Positions 1-13,988 are shown, counted from the stretch's first letter. The stretch: DNA of 53,586 bases from Saprolegnia diclina VS20 (GCF_000281045.1 NW_008246098.1:168765-222350); one strand, 5' to 3'. Numbers and translations are program-made. The notes: generated from the letters alone by a model not told the origin.

Positions 1-90
1 GCTCTTGTAACATCAACCATCCGAGTGTCGAGTCGTTTGAAAAAGCAAAAGCTCGATGGACATGCACGTGGTATATAGTAACAGAGGTAT

Positions 91-3000
91 CTAGTGCATG
101 AGGCGGTCCATGATCTCGATCAAATACGGAAACTGCTGGTGCAAAGCAATCTGCCGAACGACCTTGAACGTCTTGTGGAGCTGCGACGGCACGTCCGGCG
201 CGATGCCGAGCGTACCTGCAGGAAGCGCTCGATCAACGAAGGTTCTCGTTGTGAAATGCGTACCTGAGCACACGCAGAGCTGGCGCAGATGCCCTTCGGT
301 CGGCAGCTTGCACTTGAGGCACACGACGTCGGTCTGCTGGTACGGCAGAGAGAAGTGGGTCTGAACCAGCTCCACCAGCCGCATCTCGAGGTCGCCCATG
401 TCGTACAAATGGTGGCACCGAGGACATTGCCTAGATCCACATCTGAACCTATTCTGGCACGCACGCATGTACCAGAGAGCGCCCCCAGACGCGTCGTCGG
501 TCTCGTCGCTTTGCGTAGCCTCCATGAGCCCGGGCTCGCGACAGAGGTCGACGTCGCGGCAGACGTTGCAGTTACTGCAAATGATGTCGGGCAACACGAA
601 CGACTGACTCGGGTTGGCAAACGCTGCTTCGTCCGCATAATCGCTAGTCGTTCTCAGACTAGATGCTTCTGTAAACAGACAAGGTGTACCTGATGCCCAT
701 GGTCTTGAGCAGCGCGCGCTTGAGCTGGTGCACTTGCGACGCGACGTTCGGGTCGAGGCTCCACACGTGGCAGACGCACTTGACGAGCTCGAGCGCAGCG
801 TGCGTCCACGGCAAGTGCGACCCCGCGAGCACCTACACGCTGTGACTTCTCGGTCGGTACCGGTTTATATACCGGGAACGACAGCGACGGGTGCGCCATG
901 ATCTCGGGCACCAAGCGCAGCATCTTTTCCGTAAAGTAGGACGTGACCAGCTTCTGCGCATGCGCTGCCACGTCGTCCCTAGCGACAGAAAATGTCTCAT
1001 AACTCGTTTGCAACGAAAACTCTAGACAATACGAGGTGGCCGTGGCGTGCTTGGTGGCAAACTATGATCTCGCATCAGCACCAATGACACGCGCGCGTCA
1101 CGAGCGTACCTCAAAGCGGCGCTTGATAAACTGACCCACGAGAATCATAAAGTACTCGTCGACGCCCTGCGGCAGGTAGCGCGCCATGTTCCATTTCGAG
1201 AGCAGCGTCGGGTCCGTCTCGTCAACTCCCACGGCCATGCCGCCAAAGTTCTCAATGTCGTAGAACAACATGTGCGAGAGGTACTAACACACAGAAGTAT
1301 GTTATAACATCGGTAGACAACTTGTTGTTCTCGAACCTGCACGGGCGTCAAGCTCAACACTTGATACCACGGGTGCGCGCTCAGCGTGCGTGAAATGAAG
1401 CGCACGTAGGCGTGGGCCCCTTCGAGGCTGTCCTTGCCCGTCGAGAGCACAATCTGCGCCACAGTTGATACATTGATACAATGATACTTACGCACCCGGG
1501 ACGTGTCGGCGTACACAATGACGGCGCCGAGGCGACGGCACTCGGCGAGCAAGTTGAGCAGCAGCGTGTGCATGACGCCCTTGACCTTCTTGTGCAGTGC
1601 CGGGTCGTACAATTGCTAGTTGACAATCAGTTTCATCGATTTTGCCAACAGAAATACAACAATGTACCGACGACGGCGACGAGACCCAGCGGTAAAAGTG
1701 CTGGAGGAGGTGGTCGGCCATCTCGGACCGCGTCGCCATAAAGTCCTTGAAGAGGTTGGTCGTCAGCGTGCGCAGGAAGCGGAACGTCTCGGCGCACGAC
1801 CCGAGCTCCTCCACGATACCTACAGTTGCGACAAAGAACATGAGTCGATACATTGAAAGTATGCAACGCTACCGGCGCCGCCGTCGTGGTGCAAGTCGGA
1901 CGCCACTAGCAGCGCTTGGATCGCAAGCCCATCAAGGGTGAGCTCGACGCTGAACTCGGCGTACGCGCCAGAGACGCACACGGGCAGACTGGACGTCGAT
2001 GCCTGCAGCAGATCGTCCAGAGGGGCTTCGCGCCCGCCCAGATCTGGCGACTAGCATGCCCGATTCAGATAACACCAGAGGTAGACACCATGCGTACGTT
2101 GGTCGAGGACGCCCAGAGCAAATGCTGCTGCCGGTGGAGCACTCGCGCAAACATCGCGTCGAGCATGACGACCGCGGGGTCGCCCGTCATGTTGCCAAGC
2201 GGCAGTTGCGCATATCTAGCTCAACAAAGAAATAAATAAACATACAGATTTAAAGTGGGTTCGAAGCGTGTACCGCGCGCAATCGAGCACATCGGCCCAC
2301 TGCGCGTCGACGGCCGCGACGCGCTGCAAGAGGCGCTGCGGCAGCTCCGAGCGCCACGTCAGCGCCGGGAACGGCTCGTGGTCCCCCAGCACGATCATGG
2401 GGAAAGCGTCGAGGCCCCGGAACTGGTGCCGGAGCTTCTTGGTCGAGAGCCACTGCGGCGCGTGGGCCATGACGATCGAGGGCACGTCGCGGCACTTGGC
2501 GAGCGCCGCGTTGAGACCCGTGACGACATCGGCGACCGACTGCACCATCGTCACCTTCATCGGCGGCAAGTTCGACGTCATTTCGAGCGCCGCCCAGTGG
2601 CTCTGCCAGTCCTTCTGCCGCAGTGGGACGTCTGCGCCCATAGGTCATTAGGGTTGGGTGTCAAGACGATAGCACGCACCCGAGAGCCCCCGGTCGACCA
2701 TCCAATGCGACGCAGTCTTGATGTCGAGCGACGGTGTCAGCACGACGAGGCTCCACAGCCCCACCTGCTGCCTCGTGTTGGTGCCAACGTACAGCACGAC
2801 ACGCTGCAGCGGTGCGGTCTACAGCGCACATGACAATATGTCCATACAACACAGACCATGTACCTCGCTCAGATACGCAGCCGGCGACAGGCTCTTGGGC
2901 TGCAAATCGGCGAGCGCAAAGAGGTGCGTCGTCATGTTGGACGGTTTCGTGAGCACCTTGGCGACGCACCTAGTCTTGTGTACAACTTGTCTGCGAGTCG

Positions 3001-6000
3001 ATCGACAGCGTACCCAAGTGTCCAGAGCGCGCGGGACGTAGCCGTCACGTGGGACTCGTACACAGCTTGGATCGACGCGTCGTCCATGGCCTGAAGCACG
3101 TCCTTGCGGTTTGACTTCCACTGCGTTTCGCTCAGCTCGAGCTCGAGCACGAGCTGCGGCGACGATTGGTGCGGCACGAGGCGCGTCACGAACCGGCCGT
3201 CGAGGTGGCCCACGTCGCCTTGGAGGTAAATGGTCTTTGGCACCTTGAGTGTGAACGACTGCAGCTTGCTACACAAGAAGACTTGCTTTCCAACGACCGA
3301 CCGCGCATTCGTACCTGGCGCCCGACGACGTACACGCCCAGATGTGAAACAAACCCGGCTCCTCCCTAGACCGAACATGACGTCGCACGCGTCATCGCCT
3401 CGACAGCGTACGTTTCTTGGAGCTCGACAATGTGCCACAAGTCGTCGTCCTTGGCCATCGTCGACGATGCGACCACAAAGCCTTCGACGCCACTGCCCTT
3501 GGCGCGCTTGGCCGCCTACGTTGGACAACCGGGTTGGTCAAGCGCTTGATTTGGCGCACGCACCCGTGGGTCGTCGTGCAGCGTCTTGCGCGCCAGTCGT
3601 TTGGCTTTCCAGCCAGCCTTGCGCACCTGCAGCCACTCGGGAAACGCATCGTGGCCCAGCTGCACCGCCCGCTACCTCGCTGCATGAGTGACACCATGGC
3701 GATACGACGCCGCACCATCTGTTCGACCACAGAGGCCGTCTCATCGAGGGGCTCGGGCTCGATGACGCCCATCGCGTCATCGTCGCCTTGGTTGTCTTCG
3801 TCGGCGACGACCGGCTTGGTCTTTCTTGTCACCACGGGACGGGGCGCCGTGCGCAAGGGCTTGGGTGCGGCGCCAAAGTCTTCCATGTCGGCCACGTCCA
3901 GCACCGCGTTCTTGTTTCGCGGAAGGACTTTGAACCTAGCGCGCGTTGCTGCACTGCTCAACGTAACATAAATACCCGAGCTTGGTCTGGCGCTTGGTGT
4001 CGTTGAGCTCACGGAACCGGCGCTGCATCCAGTCGGGGAGCGCGATGCGCGGGACGGGGTTGGGAATGTTCTGAAAGCACGCGGGCAGTGAAATGATCTT
4101 TTGGACCGTACCGGCAAAGCTATTCATGACATTTGACATTTGAAATTGGGTTGTGAACACATAACATATACCGGGTGCGGTAGTAGTCCCAATCGAGCAA
4201 ATTGCGCACGTCAAAGTCTTGCAAGCTCGGGTCGCGCATCCACTTGCGCAAAAAGTGTTTTTTCACCTACATGTGTCGTGAAATATGACTTTGAAAAGAC
4301 ACGAATCACACCGCAGGCTCGGCCGAGAAGATCGCAGTCGGCACGGCGCGCTCGGTGACCTTTTCGCCGTACGGCCGCGTGACGATGATGAGCTTACACG
4401 CGAGACCCTTGTCCTTGACCATTTCAGCCCCAAGGAACTCGCCGAGGCGCCGCGCGGTCGTGATGGCCGTTGATTTTTGGCTGCCGTAGTCTTCGAGTTT
4501 GCCCGACATGCTCTTGTTCTCGGTCAGGAGCGCCATGACCTCGTCGTCTTCCATGTCGCGGCCTTTTGTGTCGAGCACGTCCAGCCTACAATTCCACAAT
4601 AGGATATTGTTAGCAATTTTTGCAATTTTTGCAATAGGTATTGGGTCGCACCAGCGGTTGGCGATCTGCGCCACGGACGCATAACACTCGGCGAGCGTCG
4701 TGCCGTCCAAGAACGAGCTAAAGACTTGGCTCTGGAACGCCTTAATGAGCTCGAGCTCGCCGCGGCGCTTGAGCTCGAACCCTAATGCGGCGGGTTAGGG
4801 TTCGGAGCGCGTATTGCGATCGTCCGGACCTTTGAGCTCGGTGAGCTTGTTGTTAAAGTTGAAGACGGCGTAGCGCTTCTTGAGCAGCTTTCCCTCCTCC
4901 GTGGACGCCGGCAGCACCATGCACTTGTACGGCCCGTCGAGCTCAAAGAAGATCGAGCACTCGGAGCGCGTTTGGTATATGCCTACAAGCCATTCAGGCT
5001 CACTTCCCACACGATCGATGCCTACCGTCAAGCTGCTCTTCGTACTGGTGGTTGGTGTACTGCTCTTCAATGTCGGCGTTGAGCATCACACAGGGATATG
5101 TAATCGACCTACACCGCGCCAAACAGATGAAAATTAGACTCTATCACGAAGAGAGATACCGGGTCGAGCCGTCTTGGAGCTTGAACTTGAACGTGTCGGG
5201 GAACGACGCGGGGAGAATGGCCCAGATACCATCCGTGTCGAGCTCGAGCGGGCGACCGATTTGCTCGACGAGCTGGCGCGCGCGCTGAATGATGTTACTG
5301 CCCGTGTTGGTCACGATGCCTGCCATCTCCATCGAGTGCCACCGCGCGCCCTTGCGCATGACGTAGCCGTAAAACGAGTTGAGAATGCACTTGTGCGCCA
5401 GCTGGAGCGAGTCGAACACGAGGCACTTGTTGGCGGCTTCGACCTTCCCAAGGACGTCTAGCCCCATGTCAAACGCGATCAATTAATCAACTCCAAGATA
5501 CCGTGCTTGGCTTCGGCCTCCTTGAGCTTCTTGGTCCACTGCTTGGTCAAGATCTTGTAGTCGTAGCGACGGTCGCGGAACGCGCGGACCGTGTTGACGT
5601 AAAATGGGTTCTCACGCATGCACACCTACCCCCACCATGGACACGATATATCACTGGGAGGTACCTACCGTCGCAGACCGCGTCTCGGTCGACGTGACTT
5701 TGGTCTTCTTGTACACAGTTTGGCAATACTGCTTGAGACGCTCTTGGACCAGCGCCGTCTGCTTCTCGTACGGCAGCTGCTTGAACGGCACCTTGTTGAA
5801 CGACTCGTAGCTGAGCTGCGTCTGAATCGACTGGAACTCAGCGTTGGTCGCGGGGTAGTAGTCACCGCGCCAGACCCACTCCATCGGCCGCTGGCACGAG
5901 AGCTGCTCGTCGTTGCTACAAAATGCATGAGATCACATACCTAGAGAAAGCAACACGTACGAGGACATGCACGCAGTGCTGTGGACGCACGCTGCACAGT

Positions 6001-8484
6001 CGGTCGGCTGCACCATCGCGCAGGGCTGGAGGCGGTTGGTGAGAATGATGTTGGGGTACATGGCCGCGACGTCCAAGTGATAGATGCTCGGCTTCTCCAT
6101 GCGCGACGGCTTGTCCCGCAGCATCTCGAGGCCTTCGACGATCGCGCGCCGCACGTCGTTGTAGTTGGTCACGTGGTGCCGCGGAATGTCGAGCTCGACC
6201 TCGAGCGCAAACGTCAAGTCGCGGTCAATGTGCGTGATCAACATCTACGCGGATCTGTCACGCCACGTAATCCGGTCGTAGATTACGTCAAACGCCGACG
6301 GCGTCACGTGGAACTGGTACTCGAGGTCGGCGCGGAAGACGCCGCTCTCCAAGCACTCGACGTGCCCTCCAATGTACGTCTCGCTCTCAACCACATGGCC
6401 TTGGTACGACGCGCCTACAGATTGAACCGAGGCGTGAGCCAGAGAACTCGCATGCTTGCTCTCGGACCGAGCGCCGTCGACGTCTGTTTGTTGGGGCAAA
6501 TGATGTTGCCTTCGTATGCCTCGACCATGAGCAGCGCTTCGCAGAGCGTGCCACTGCCCTTGCGCAGCACGTCTTCGCTCCCGAGCGGAATGATCGTGCA
6601 GAGCGAGAAGACAAACAGGTGCACGTACTTGTCGTACCTACGCAACCATGGTCCAACATGCAATGTCAACCACCGCGTACAGGTAAAAGGTCGCGACAGC
6701 GTCCGACACCGAGTAGCTCGCCATCTTGAGCGGGTCGTCCATCGCCAGCGACGTCATTTCTTCCGGGTCGACTTCGACCGGGTCGTACCCGAGCTTGTAC
6801 TTGGTGACGGCCTTGAGGCCTTGCGAGCCCTGCGGCAGATACGAATCGCGCTTCACCCAGCAGTAGGCGTCCATGTGCACGGCGCACTTGCCGCGGTACT
6901 CGCCGTTGCGGTCGCGGGAGATGCCAATCGCGGTCGTCATGTTGAGGCCATGCACCTCGGCGCGCGTCTCGACGAACGGCCAGTCGAAGAAGTCGCCGTT
7001 GTACGTGACAAAGATGTGCGGGTTGAGCTCGGTCACGTGAGCGAAGAAGCGCTTGAGAAGCGCTTCTTCGTTCGGCGCGTTGAAGCACTCGAACGGCCCG
7101 TCGTACTCAGCGGTCGGCGTATACTCAAAGTCGTCGACGTCCTGCGACACGAACTCGCGGTTCACAATGAGATAGCCCTACAATTTTACTGTGAGCTCCA
7201 CGAAATCTCCAGCAAGAATTGAAAGTTTGTGAAAAAGAACACGATTGATGCCAACACAGCCACTTTCGTCGACGACATTGGACGTGTAGGATGAAAAAGA
7301 CACCAAGTTTTCATGCAAAATGGCCCAGAACCGGCATGGCACCAAACACGAAATATGAAAAAAGGGAAAAAAGGGAAAAAAGAGGAAAAAAGAGGAAACA
7401 ATTGGGAAAAATGGAAAATTGAAGAAGCAAGGTGTACCTGGCGATCGACCATGTACGAAATCATGTAAATCTGGTCGTGGGCCGCGTCTGGAAACTTGAG
7501 CGGCGCCTTGGTACACTCGATATCAAACGCGAGGACGACCGGCTCGGCCTTGTCGACCATGTCCATAATCTAGGCGCGTTCCATAGGAATATATGGATAT
7601 GGACAAAGAGTCGAGCGTACCCGAGACACTTTGGTCACTTCTTGCTCGACGTGGACCGTGTACCACGCGCCGACGCGGATGCCGAGGTCGATGGCCACGC
7701 GCATGAGGTACGGCACGTCGTACTCGCGCAAGTCCGTGATCGACTCCTTATCGTTGAGCGACTCGCCAGACGCCGCGTACGCTTCTTGGGACTTGAGCTG
7801 CTGCTTGTTGCGTGTCACAATTGGCTGCAGCGTCTGCTTGGCCTCGACCAAGTCCGACACCTACCACAACGCCGCCTTAGCATGCACCTCGCTGGTCCAT
7901 GCATACCGTCCGGAAGACGAGCTTGATGTACTGCGCCTTTGTGCCCGAGAGATGGTTGGGCATGTCGAGGTCCTCCATCTGCACAATGCTCGTCGAGAGG
8001 AGCGTCGAGACGAGCGTCCGCTGGCAGAATCTATGACCAATCGCTATTGCAGTCGTCGTCGATACGATGGGCAACGTACGCAAGCGCTTCGCCGAGGCGC
8101 TTGGGCGAGGCGCCGACGAAAAAGTACGGCGCATGGATGACCGTGGCCTTGAACGCGCTGCCGTCCTGCGCGAGAAAGTAGAGGTCGACGCCGCTGCGCT
8201 CGACGTTCTCGACGGTGCGCGACGTGTTGCATGCGTTCAGAAGCCTACGCGACGCTAGGCCAAGCGCATTTACTCACAGCTGCGTACCAGCCGATCTGCG
8301 GCCCGTCGTCGTCTTGGAGCGGTGCAAAGCCATGGGCAAGGTCGAAGGCATCCTGCCGCGCGACGCTCGCGGCCTTGTCGTCGTTCATGGAGCGGCCGGC
8401 CACGTTGGAGCGCGCACCCTGCGAGTTCTTGGCCCACGCGGACCCACCGCCGCCGGTCGGCCGGTTCAGGCGCTTCGTGGACAT
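91..8484 (-). CDS. POLE: DNA polymerase epsilon catalytic subunit A (multi-exon)
   Basis: Consecutive minus-strand exons with Pol2 motifs: [16 protein letters not shown] (exonuclease I), [74 protein letters not shown]-terminal CysA/CysB clusters. ATG 8484, stop 91-93. Confidence 0.97.
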
Positions 8485-9011
8485 GGCTCGTTGGCGCGAC
8501 GACAAATGAACCAATCACGGGCCAAACCTCTCGCGCGAAGCCAAGACTCGGGTATTTTATTTTACAAAAGCGTACGCTTGTATTGGATATTTGTATATCG
8601 AATATAATGTTGAGTTGTATTGTTTCCATCAACTGCCGCGGATTTTAATTCGAAGCTCGGCCAACCTGGGGCCGGGCAAGGACCAAGGACCAAGGACGTT
8701 CGCGCTCTCCCTCGCCCCTCACTGCTGCGCACAGCGCCCTGTTTGCTACGGTACACGTCTGATCGTCCTCTGTAGAGGAGGCCATGGGCGTACAGACGCC
8801 GAAATTCGAGTTCAAACACTGTTTATGATGCAGCTTTTCGCCACATTTGCACCGCTGGTCGAGACAACGGCTCGTATGGCATTGGACCGGCTTGGACCAC
8901 GCGCCTTGCGCGTCCCATCACGGCGTCGCAGACGAAGCAACAATCTCGGCAATGGTAGATTGCAAGAGATAGACTGTCATGGACCGTACGTCATGTTCAT
9001 TTTCGTGTCAT

Positions 9012-10756
9012 TTACTCCTTGGGCTCGAGCTTGATGACCTTGCCGATCGCGATTGTCTTGCCTTCGTCGCGGAGCGTCAAGCGGCCGAGCTGCGGGATGT
9101 GATCGAACGTCTCAATGCAGATGCTCTGGTCGACTTCAATGCGGCACACGACGCTCTGGCCCGTCTTGACAAACATGACCTTCTTCTTGAGGATCTCGCC
9201 CGTCTTGGGGTCCACGGGGCGCTACACCAAGTGGTCATCGATGGCTTTGTCAGAGCGCAAACGTACGAGAAGCTTGGAGATCGTGCATTCTTGGGCGATC
9301 GTGTGAATGTGCAGAATGGCCTTGTAGCCAGCCGTGAGCAGCGGGCGGTGCTCCAAGTTGTCGACGAACGCGATCTGCGCCACAAAGCTCGTGACGGGCT
9401 TGACGTCGTCGGCCGGCGCCGGGCAGAGCACGAAACCTAACACGAAAATAAGCGGCCATGACGAGACTATGAAGGGACGTACCCTTCTGGAGGTCTTCGA
9501 GGTTGCACGTGAGGCGCATGAGCACGTTCTCGCCGGGCTTGGCCGTGCGCACAGGCTTTTCATTGATGTACACCTGCGCGACGGTCGTCCGCGTGTTGGT
9601 CGGCTTGATCACGAGCTTCTGGCCCGTCGTGAGGACACCGGACTCGACCTTGCCGAGCACGATGGTGCCACGCTCCTGGTAGCGGTCGAGGACAGGGACG
9701 CGGAGAGCGCCCTGCGGGTTGCGGCCGAGGATCGCCATCGTGTCGAGGTGGTCAATGAGCGACGTGCCTTCGTACCACGGCGCGACCGACGACTCGACCT
9801 TGGTCTTGATGTTTTCGCCCGAGAGACCCGAGATCGGGATGAAGGCGACATCGCGCTTGACGGCAAAGCCGCAGCTCTACATTTGCAGAAGCATGAGCGC
9901 CATGGGGATACGTAATGGAGAAATGTACGCGAAGGAACGGGCGGAGCTTCTCGACGCACTCGTCGAAGCGCTCCTTGCCCCACTTGGCTTCGTCCATCTT
10001 GTTGATGACGACGACGAGCTTGTTGATACCGAGAGTCTTGGCAAGCATCGCGTGCTCGCGCGTCTGGCCACCGCGCTCAAAGCCCGTCTCGAACTCGCCC
10101 TTGCGCGCCGAGATGACGAGGATACCGACATCGGCCTGCGCCGCGCCCTGGATCATGTTGGGCACGTAGTTCTTGTGGCCCGGTGCGTCGAGGATCGTAA
10201 AGCGCTTGCTGGCCGTCTCGAAATGGGCGCGGCCGACCTCGACCGTCTTGCCCTTGGCGCGCTCCTCTTCACCCGTGTCCATGATAAAGGCAAGGAACCA
10301 CGAGTCGCGGTTGCGCGCCTTCGCCTCCTTCTCGAAGCGTTCGATCGTACGCTTGTCGACCATGTCCATAAGGTACAAGATGTTGCCCGAGAGCGTCGAC
10401 TTGCCAGCATCGACGTGGCCGATCAAGACAACGTTGATGTGCTCGCGGGGATCTTCCTCGCCAATCTCCTCTTCGCCAATGAGCTCGACCTCTTCCTCAG
10501 CGTCCTCAACAACAGCCGGCTTCTTCTCTTCGACCTGCTTCTTCTCCTCGACGGGCGCAGCCTTGGCGACGGTCTTGACCGGCGACTTGGGCGCCGCCGG
10601 CTTGGGCGCGGCCACCGGCGCAGGGGCAGCGGGGGCGGCCGGCGGAGCGGGCGCCGCAGGCTTGGGGGCAGGCGGCGCGCCCGACGGGATCGGGGGCGCC
10701 CACGTCGACGCCGACGGGTTGAAGGAGAAGGTCTTGGCGTTCGGGTTCAAGCTCAT
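9012..10756 (-). CDS. SUP35: Eukaryotic peptide chain release factor 3 (GTPase), multi-exon
   Basis: GHVDAGKST, ILDAPGHKNYVPNM, NKMD, C-terminal GRLTLRDEGKTIAIGKV; N-terminal PAM2-like SLNPNAKTFSF plus Pro/Ala linker. Confidence 0.95.
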
Positions 10757-11370
10757 GCTGCTGCTGATCTTAGGCTGTGAACCAACAAATGACCAAGTGG
10801 CCAAGCGCAACTTCGCGCATTGAATTGCGCGTCTTTTTATTGTCCTATTTTCCCAATGTACTTGGTTTTTGTATGTACAAGGGTATCGAGCGCATTAAAA
10901 CCGACCTGAATTTCGTTGTCTTTGGGTGAGCACTCCAAAAAAGACCAATCAGCGACGACGCCAGCGCAAAGGCAGCCAATGGCATGCGATCGAATTCCCA
11001 TTTTGGCCAATCACGCGCATCAACGCTGAGGCCGGCAACCATGAATGGCGGTCGCACGACGCATGCAGCGGGACCAGGCCAGGAGGACGATGGTCATCAT
11101 GAGGATGCTGCGGATGATGGTAGAGCGCTGTAGCTGCATATCCATGGCGCCGCCGCGGGCGTCGATGCCATGCCATGCGAACGATGGCGGCTACGAGAGC
11201 GAACATGTTGTCGGACGACAAGCTTTCCTGCAAATATCGCGCTGTCGTCGTGCTGGCTATGTAAAAGATGGCAGGATGCAATCAGCGACTGCCCTGCATG
11301 TGGCATCATCGTAAGCAGCATGCGGGTAGGGCGAGGCCGATCACAGACAGGTAAATGCATTGTAGCATAT

Positions 11371-12339
11371 CTACTTGGGCGTCGAGAGGAGGCTCTCGAG
11401 GTTGGCCTTGAGCTGCTCGTTGGCTTTTTTGAGCAGCTCGACCTCGTCCTGGTGCTTCTTCTCGTCCGAGAGCCGCTTCTCTTCTTCGCGCTTGGTGATG
11501 GCGTCACAGCGCAGTTTGAGCCTACGCGCCTCCGTCATCCATAGACGAGATACCAAGCGTACTCTTCGACTTGGGACACGAGCTCGTTCCGGTCGGCTTC
11601 GAGCTGCTTGAGCTTGAGTTCGGCGTCCATCTTCTTTTGCTCGGCCATGAGCGCTTTGCGCATCCTACGCATACACTGACGCTACCGCTTCCTCTCCGTG
11701 GCATCTACCCAAACGCAATGCTGCTTTCATACAGCGTCTGGTACGCCGAAATCGACATGCGCGTCTCGACACGGACCCGCAGCAGGAGCAGCCCACGCTC
11801 GGCGCAGTTGATGGTGATTTGGCGAATGAGCTCGTCTAGTGCCATCTCTGAACAGCCTTGTCAGCACCACGCTCGTCTACCAAAGCACTGGGCGTAGAGC
11901 TCTTCGCGGACAGGGCAGATGCCGGTCTCGCGCGCTTGCTTTTGCTGGAGCTTGAGGTCTAATTGTTCCTACCACGACCTCGGATTTCATTCTGCAAGCG
12001 CGGCCGGATACCTGGAGGTTGATGACGTCGAGGCGCGTCGCCGGCGTGCTCGACACGTACTGCACCCAGAGCTGGCCGTCTTCCGTCCACTCTCTAGACA
12101 CAGAGGTCGTTGCATTTAGAGAGCTACCATGGCGCGTCGTACTTGGGCGGCAAGATCGAGTTCAAAATGTCTTCGGTCTGCGTCGAACTGGCGGCCGCGA
12201 TCGACGGAATCCCGCCGGGCGCCGGGCCCTTCTCCGCATCCTTCTTACTCTTCTTACTTCCGCCGGCCTTCTTGTCCTTGGTCGTGCTGATCAAGATCGG
12301 GCTGTCGTACTTGACCAGCGAGCTATGGGGCGGCAACAT
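11371..12339 (-). CDS. DNALI1: Axonemal inner-arm dynein light chain p28 (multi-exon)
   Basis: MLPPHSSLVKYDSP, TEDILNSILPP, REWTEDGQLWVQYVSSTPATRLDVINLQ, RETGICPVREELYAQCF, C-terminal coiled coil KKHQDEVELLKKANEQLK. Confidence 0.93.
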
Positions 12340-12722
12340 GGCGACGGTTCAACGCAGTGTGGATCTTCCCCGTTTCAAAACCTCAAAGTTGCGTGTTTCA
12401 AGTGAAATCCATCTGCTGGACGGAGCGAGAACGCCACTTGGTAGTCGCCACAGGCTTGCAACCGTGGACGACCACAAGACGTCGGTCGAGGGCCTGTGGT
12501 CAATGTACTTGTAGGCCGACATGCATGCAGCCGTCGAGGTCTTGCACCAAACGACCCGCAATCGAGCAGGCCATCGAACCGTCGCATGCGTAACCGGTTG
12601 GACGGTCCAACCGGTCGAGTCGGCTAAAACCGTCGTTTCTGATTGGCGCCACGACGGTGCAGGCTGCCGGTCACCTTCCTCCCGACGACGTCAACCGCGA
12701 GGCTTAAGTCATAGAACCGACG

Positions 12723-13733
12723 ATGCCTGCCCTCGGAGAAACGTTGACAGACTTCCTCGCCAAGGCGTCCGCCCGCACGCCCAAGGCGATCCTCTCCAAA
12801 GTCGCGTCCGCCTGTATCGAGATCCACGAGCTGGTCCAGCAAGGCGCGCTCGCCGACGTGATTGGGTCGGCGCAGACCGACAACGTGCAAGGCGAGGTGC
12901 AGCAGAAGCTCGACATTCTCTCCAACGACGCGATTCTCAACGCATGCGCTACCGAAGCCTCGCTTGGCGGCCTCTGCTCGGAGGAGCACGAGACGTTTTA
13001 CCCGGGCGCGGTCGCCGGCGAGTACCTCCTCCTCTTTGACCCGCTCGACGGCTCGTCCAACATTGACGTCAACGTGTCGATTGGCACAATCTTCTCGATC
13101 CTGCGCCGCCCGTCGACGGCGACAGCGGTCACGCACGCCGAGTTTCTGCAGCCCGGGGCGCGCCAGGTCGCGGCCGGCTACGTCATCTACGGCCCGCAGA
13201 CGATCCTCGTGCTCAGCGTCGGCGACGGCGTCCACATGTTTACGCTCGACACGGCGGCCAAGCGCTTTGTGTGCACGCGCCACAACGTCACGATCGCGCC
13301 CGAGACGAAAGAGTTTGCGATCAACATGTCCAACATGCGCCACTGGGACGCGCCGGTCCGCCGGTACGTGGACGAGTGCCTCCTCGGCAGCCAAGGCGTC
13401 CGCGGGAAGGACTTCAACATGCGCTGGATCGCGTCCATGGTCACTGAGATCCACCGTCTTCTGACGCGCGGTGGCGTCTTCATGTACCCGTGGGATGCCC
13501 GGTACCCGGAGAAGCCGGGCCGCCTCCGCCTCCTGTACGAAGCCAACCCGATGAGCTTTCTCATTGAGGCGGCGGGCGGCGCAAGCATCAACGGCTACGA
13601 GCGCATGCTCGATGTTCGACCGACCGAATTGCACCAGCGCGTCTCCGTCATCTTGGGCGCCAAGCATGAAATCGAACGTATCGCGAAGTACCACGCGACC
13701 GCCGCCAAACCCAACCCCCTCGCCCGCATGTGA
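12723..13733 (+). CDS. fbp: Fructose-1,6-bisphosphatase class I, intronless, proteobacterial-type sequence
   Basis: 336-aa [56 protein letters not shown]. Confidence 0.95.
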   Translation: MPALGETLTDFLAKASARTPKAILSKVASACIEIHELVQQGALADVIGSAQTDNVQGEVQQKLDILSNDAILNACATEASLGGLCSEEHETFYPGAVAGEYLLLFDPLDGSSNIDVNVSIGTIFSILRRPSTATAVTHAEFLQPGARQVAAGYVIYGPQTILVLSVGDGVHMFTLDTAAKRFVCTRHNVTIAPETKEFAINMSNMRHWDAPVRRYVDECLLGSQGVRGKDFNMRWIASMVTEIHRLLTRGGVFMYPWDARYPEKPGRLRLLYEANPMSFLIEAAGGASINGYERMLDVRPTELHQRVSVILGAKHEIERIAKYHATAAKPNPLARM

Positions 13734-13937
13734 CGGAATACCTGGCTTGCACTGCTGGGTGATATGACTCTATTGGTCGTTGTTGCTGCTATAACTCAAT
13801 CGTAATGGACGCGTACCTTGTTGTTGTTTCCTTGGTTCAGTGAAGTGGTCGGTAACAAGGAGTACATGTGAAAAGGATGGTATACAGATAACGTGTTTAC
13901 GGTTAACAAAGATGCTAGGATGATCGAGCGACGCGTC

Positions 13938-13988
13938 TTACCAGCCGCCACCCGTGTTGCCGCCACCGGTGTTGCCGCCACCGGTGTT
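13938..13988 (-). repeat. 15-bp tandem repeat running into a gap; reads NTGGG x3, W, stop on minus strand
   Basis: Three gccgccacc(c/g)gtgtt units at 13944-13988 abut the N run; minus frame AAC ACC GGT GGC GGC ... TGG TAA. Confidence 0.85.

Noticed and set aside
5981..7222. Long plus-strand ORF (413 aa) and similar antisense ORFs over eRF3, FBPase, the decarboxylase and the cystatin
   Set aside because: Shadow ORFs caused by GC3-rich codon usage on the true coding strand.
11045..11314. Short ORFs between eRF3 and p28
   Set aside because: No motif or clear codon bias; likely p28 3' UTR and eRF3 promoter.
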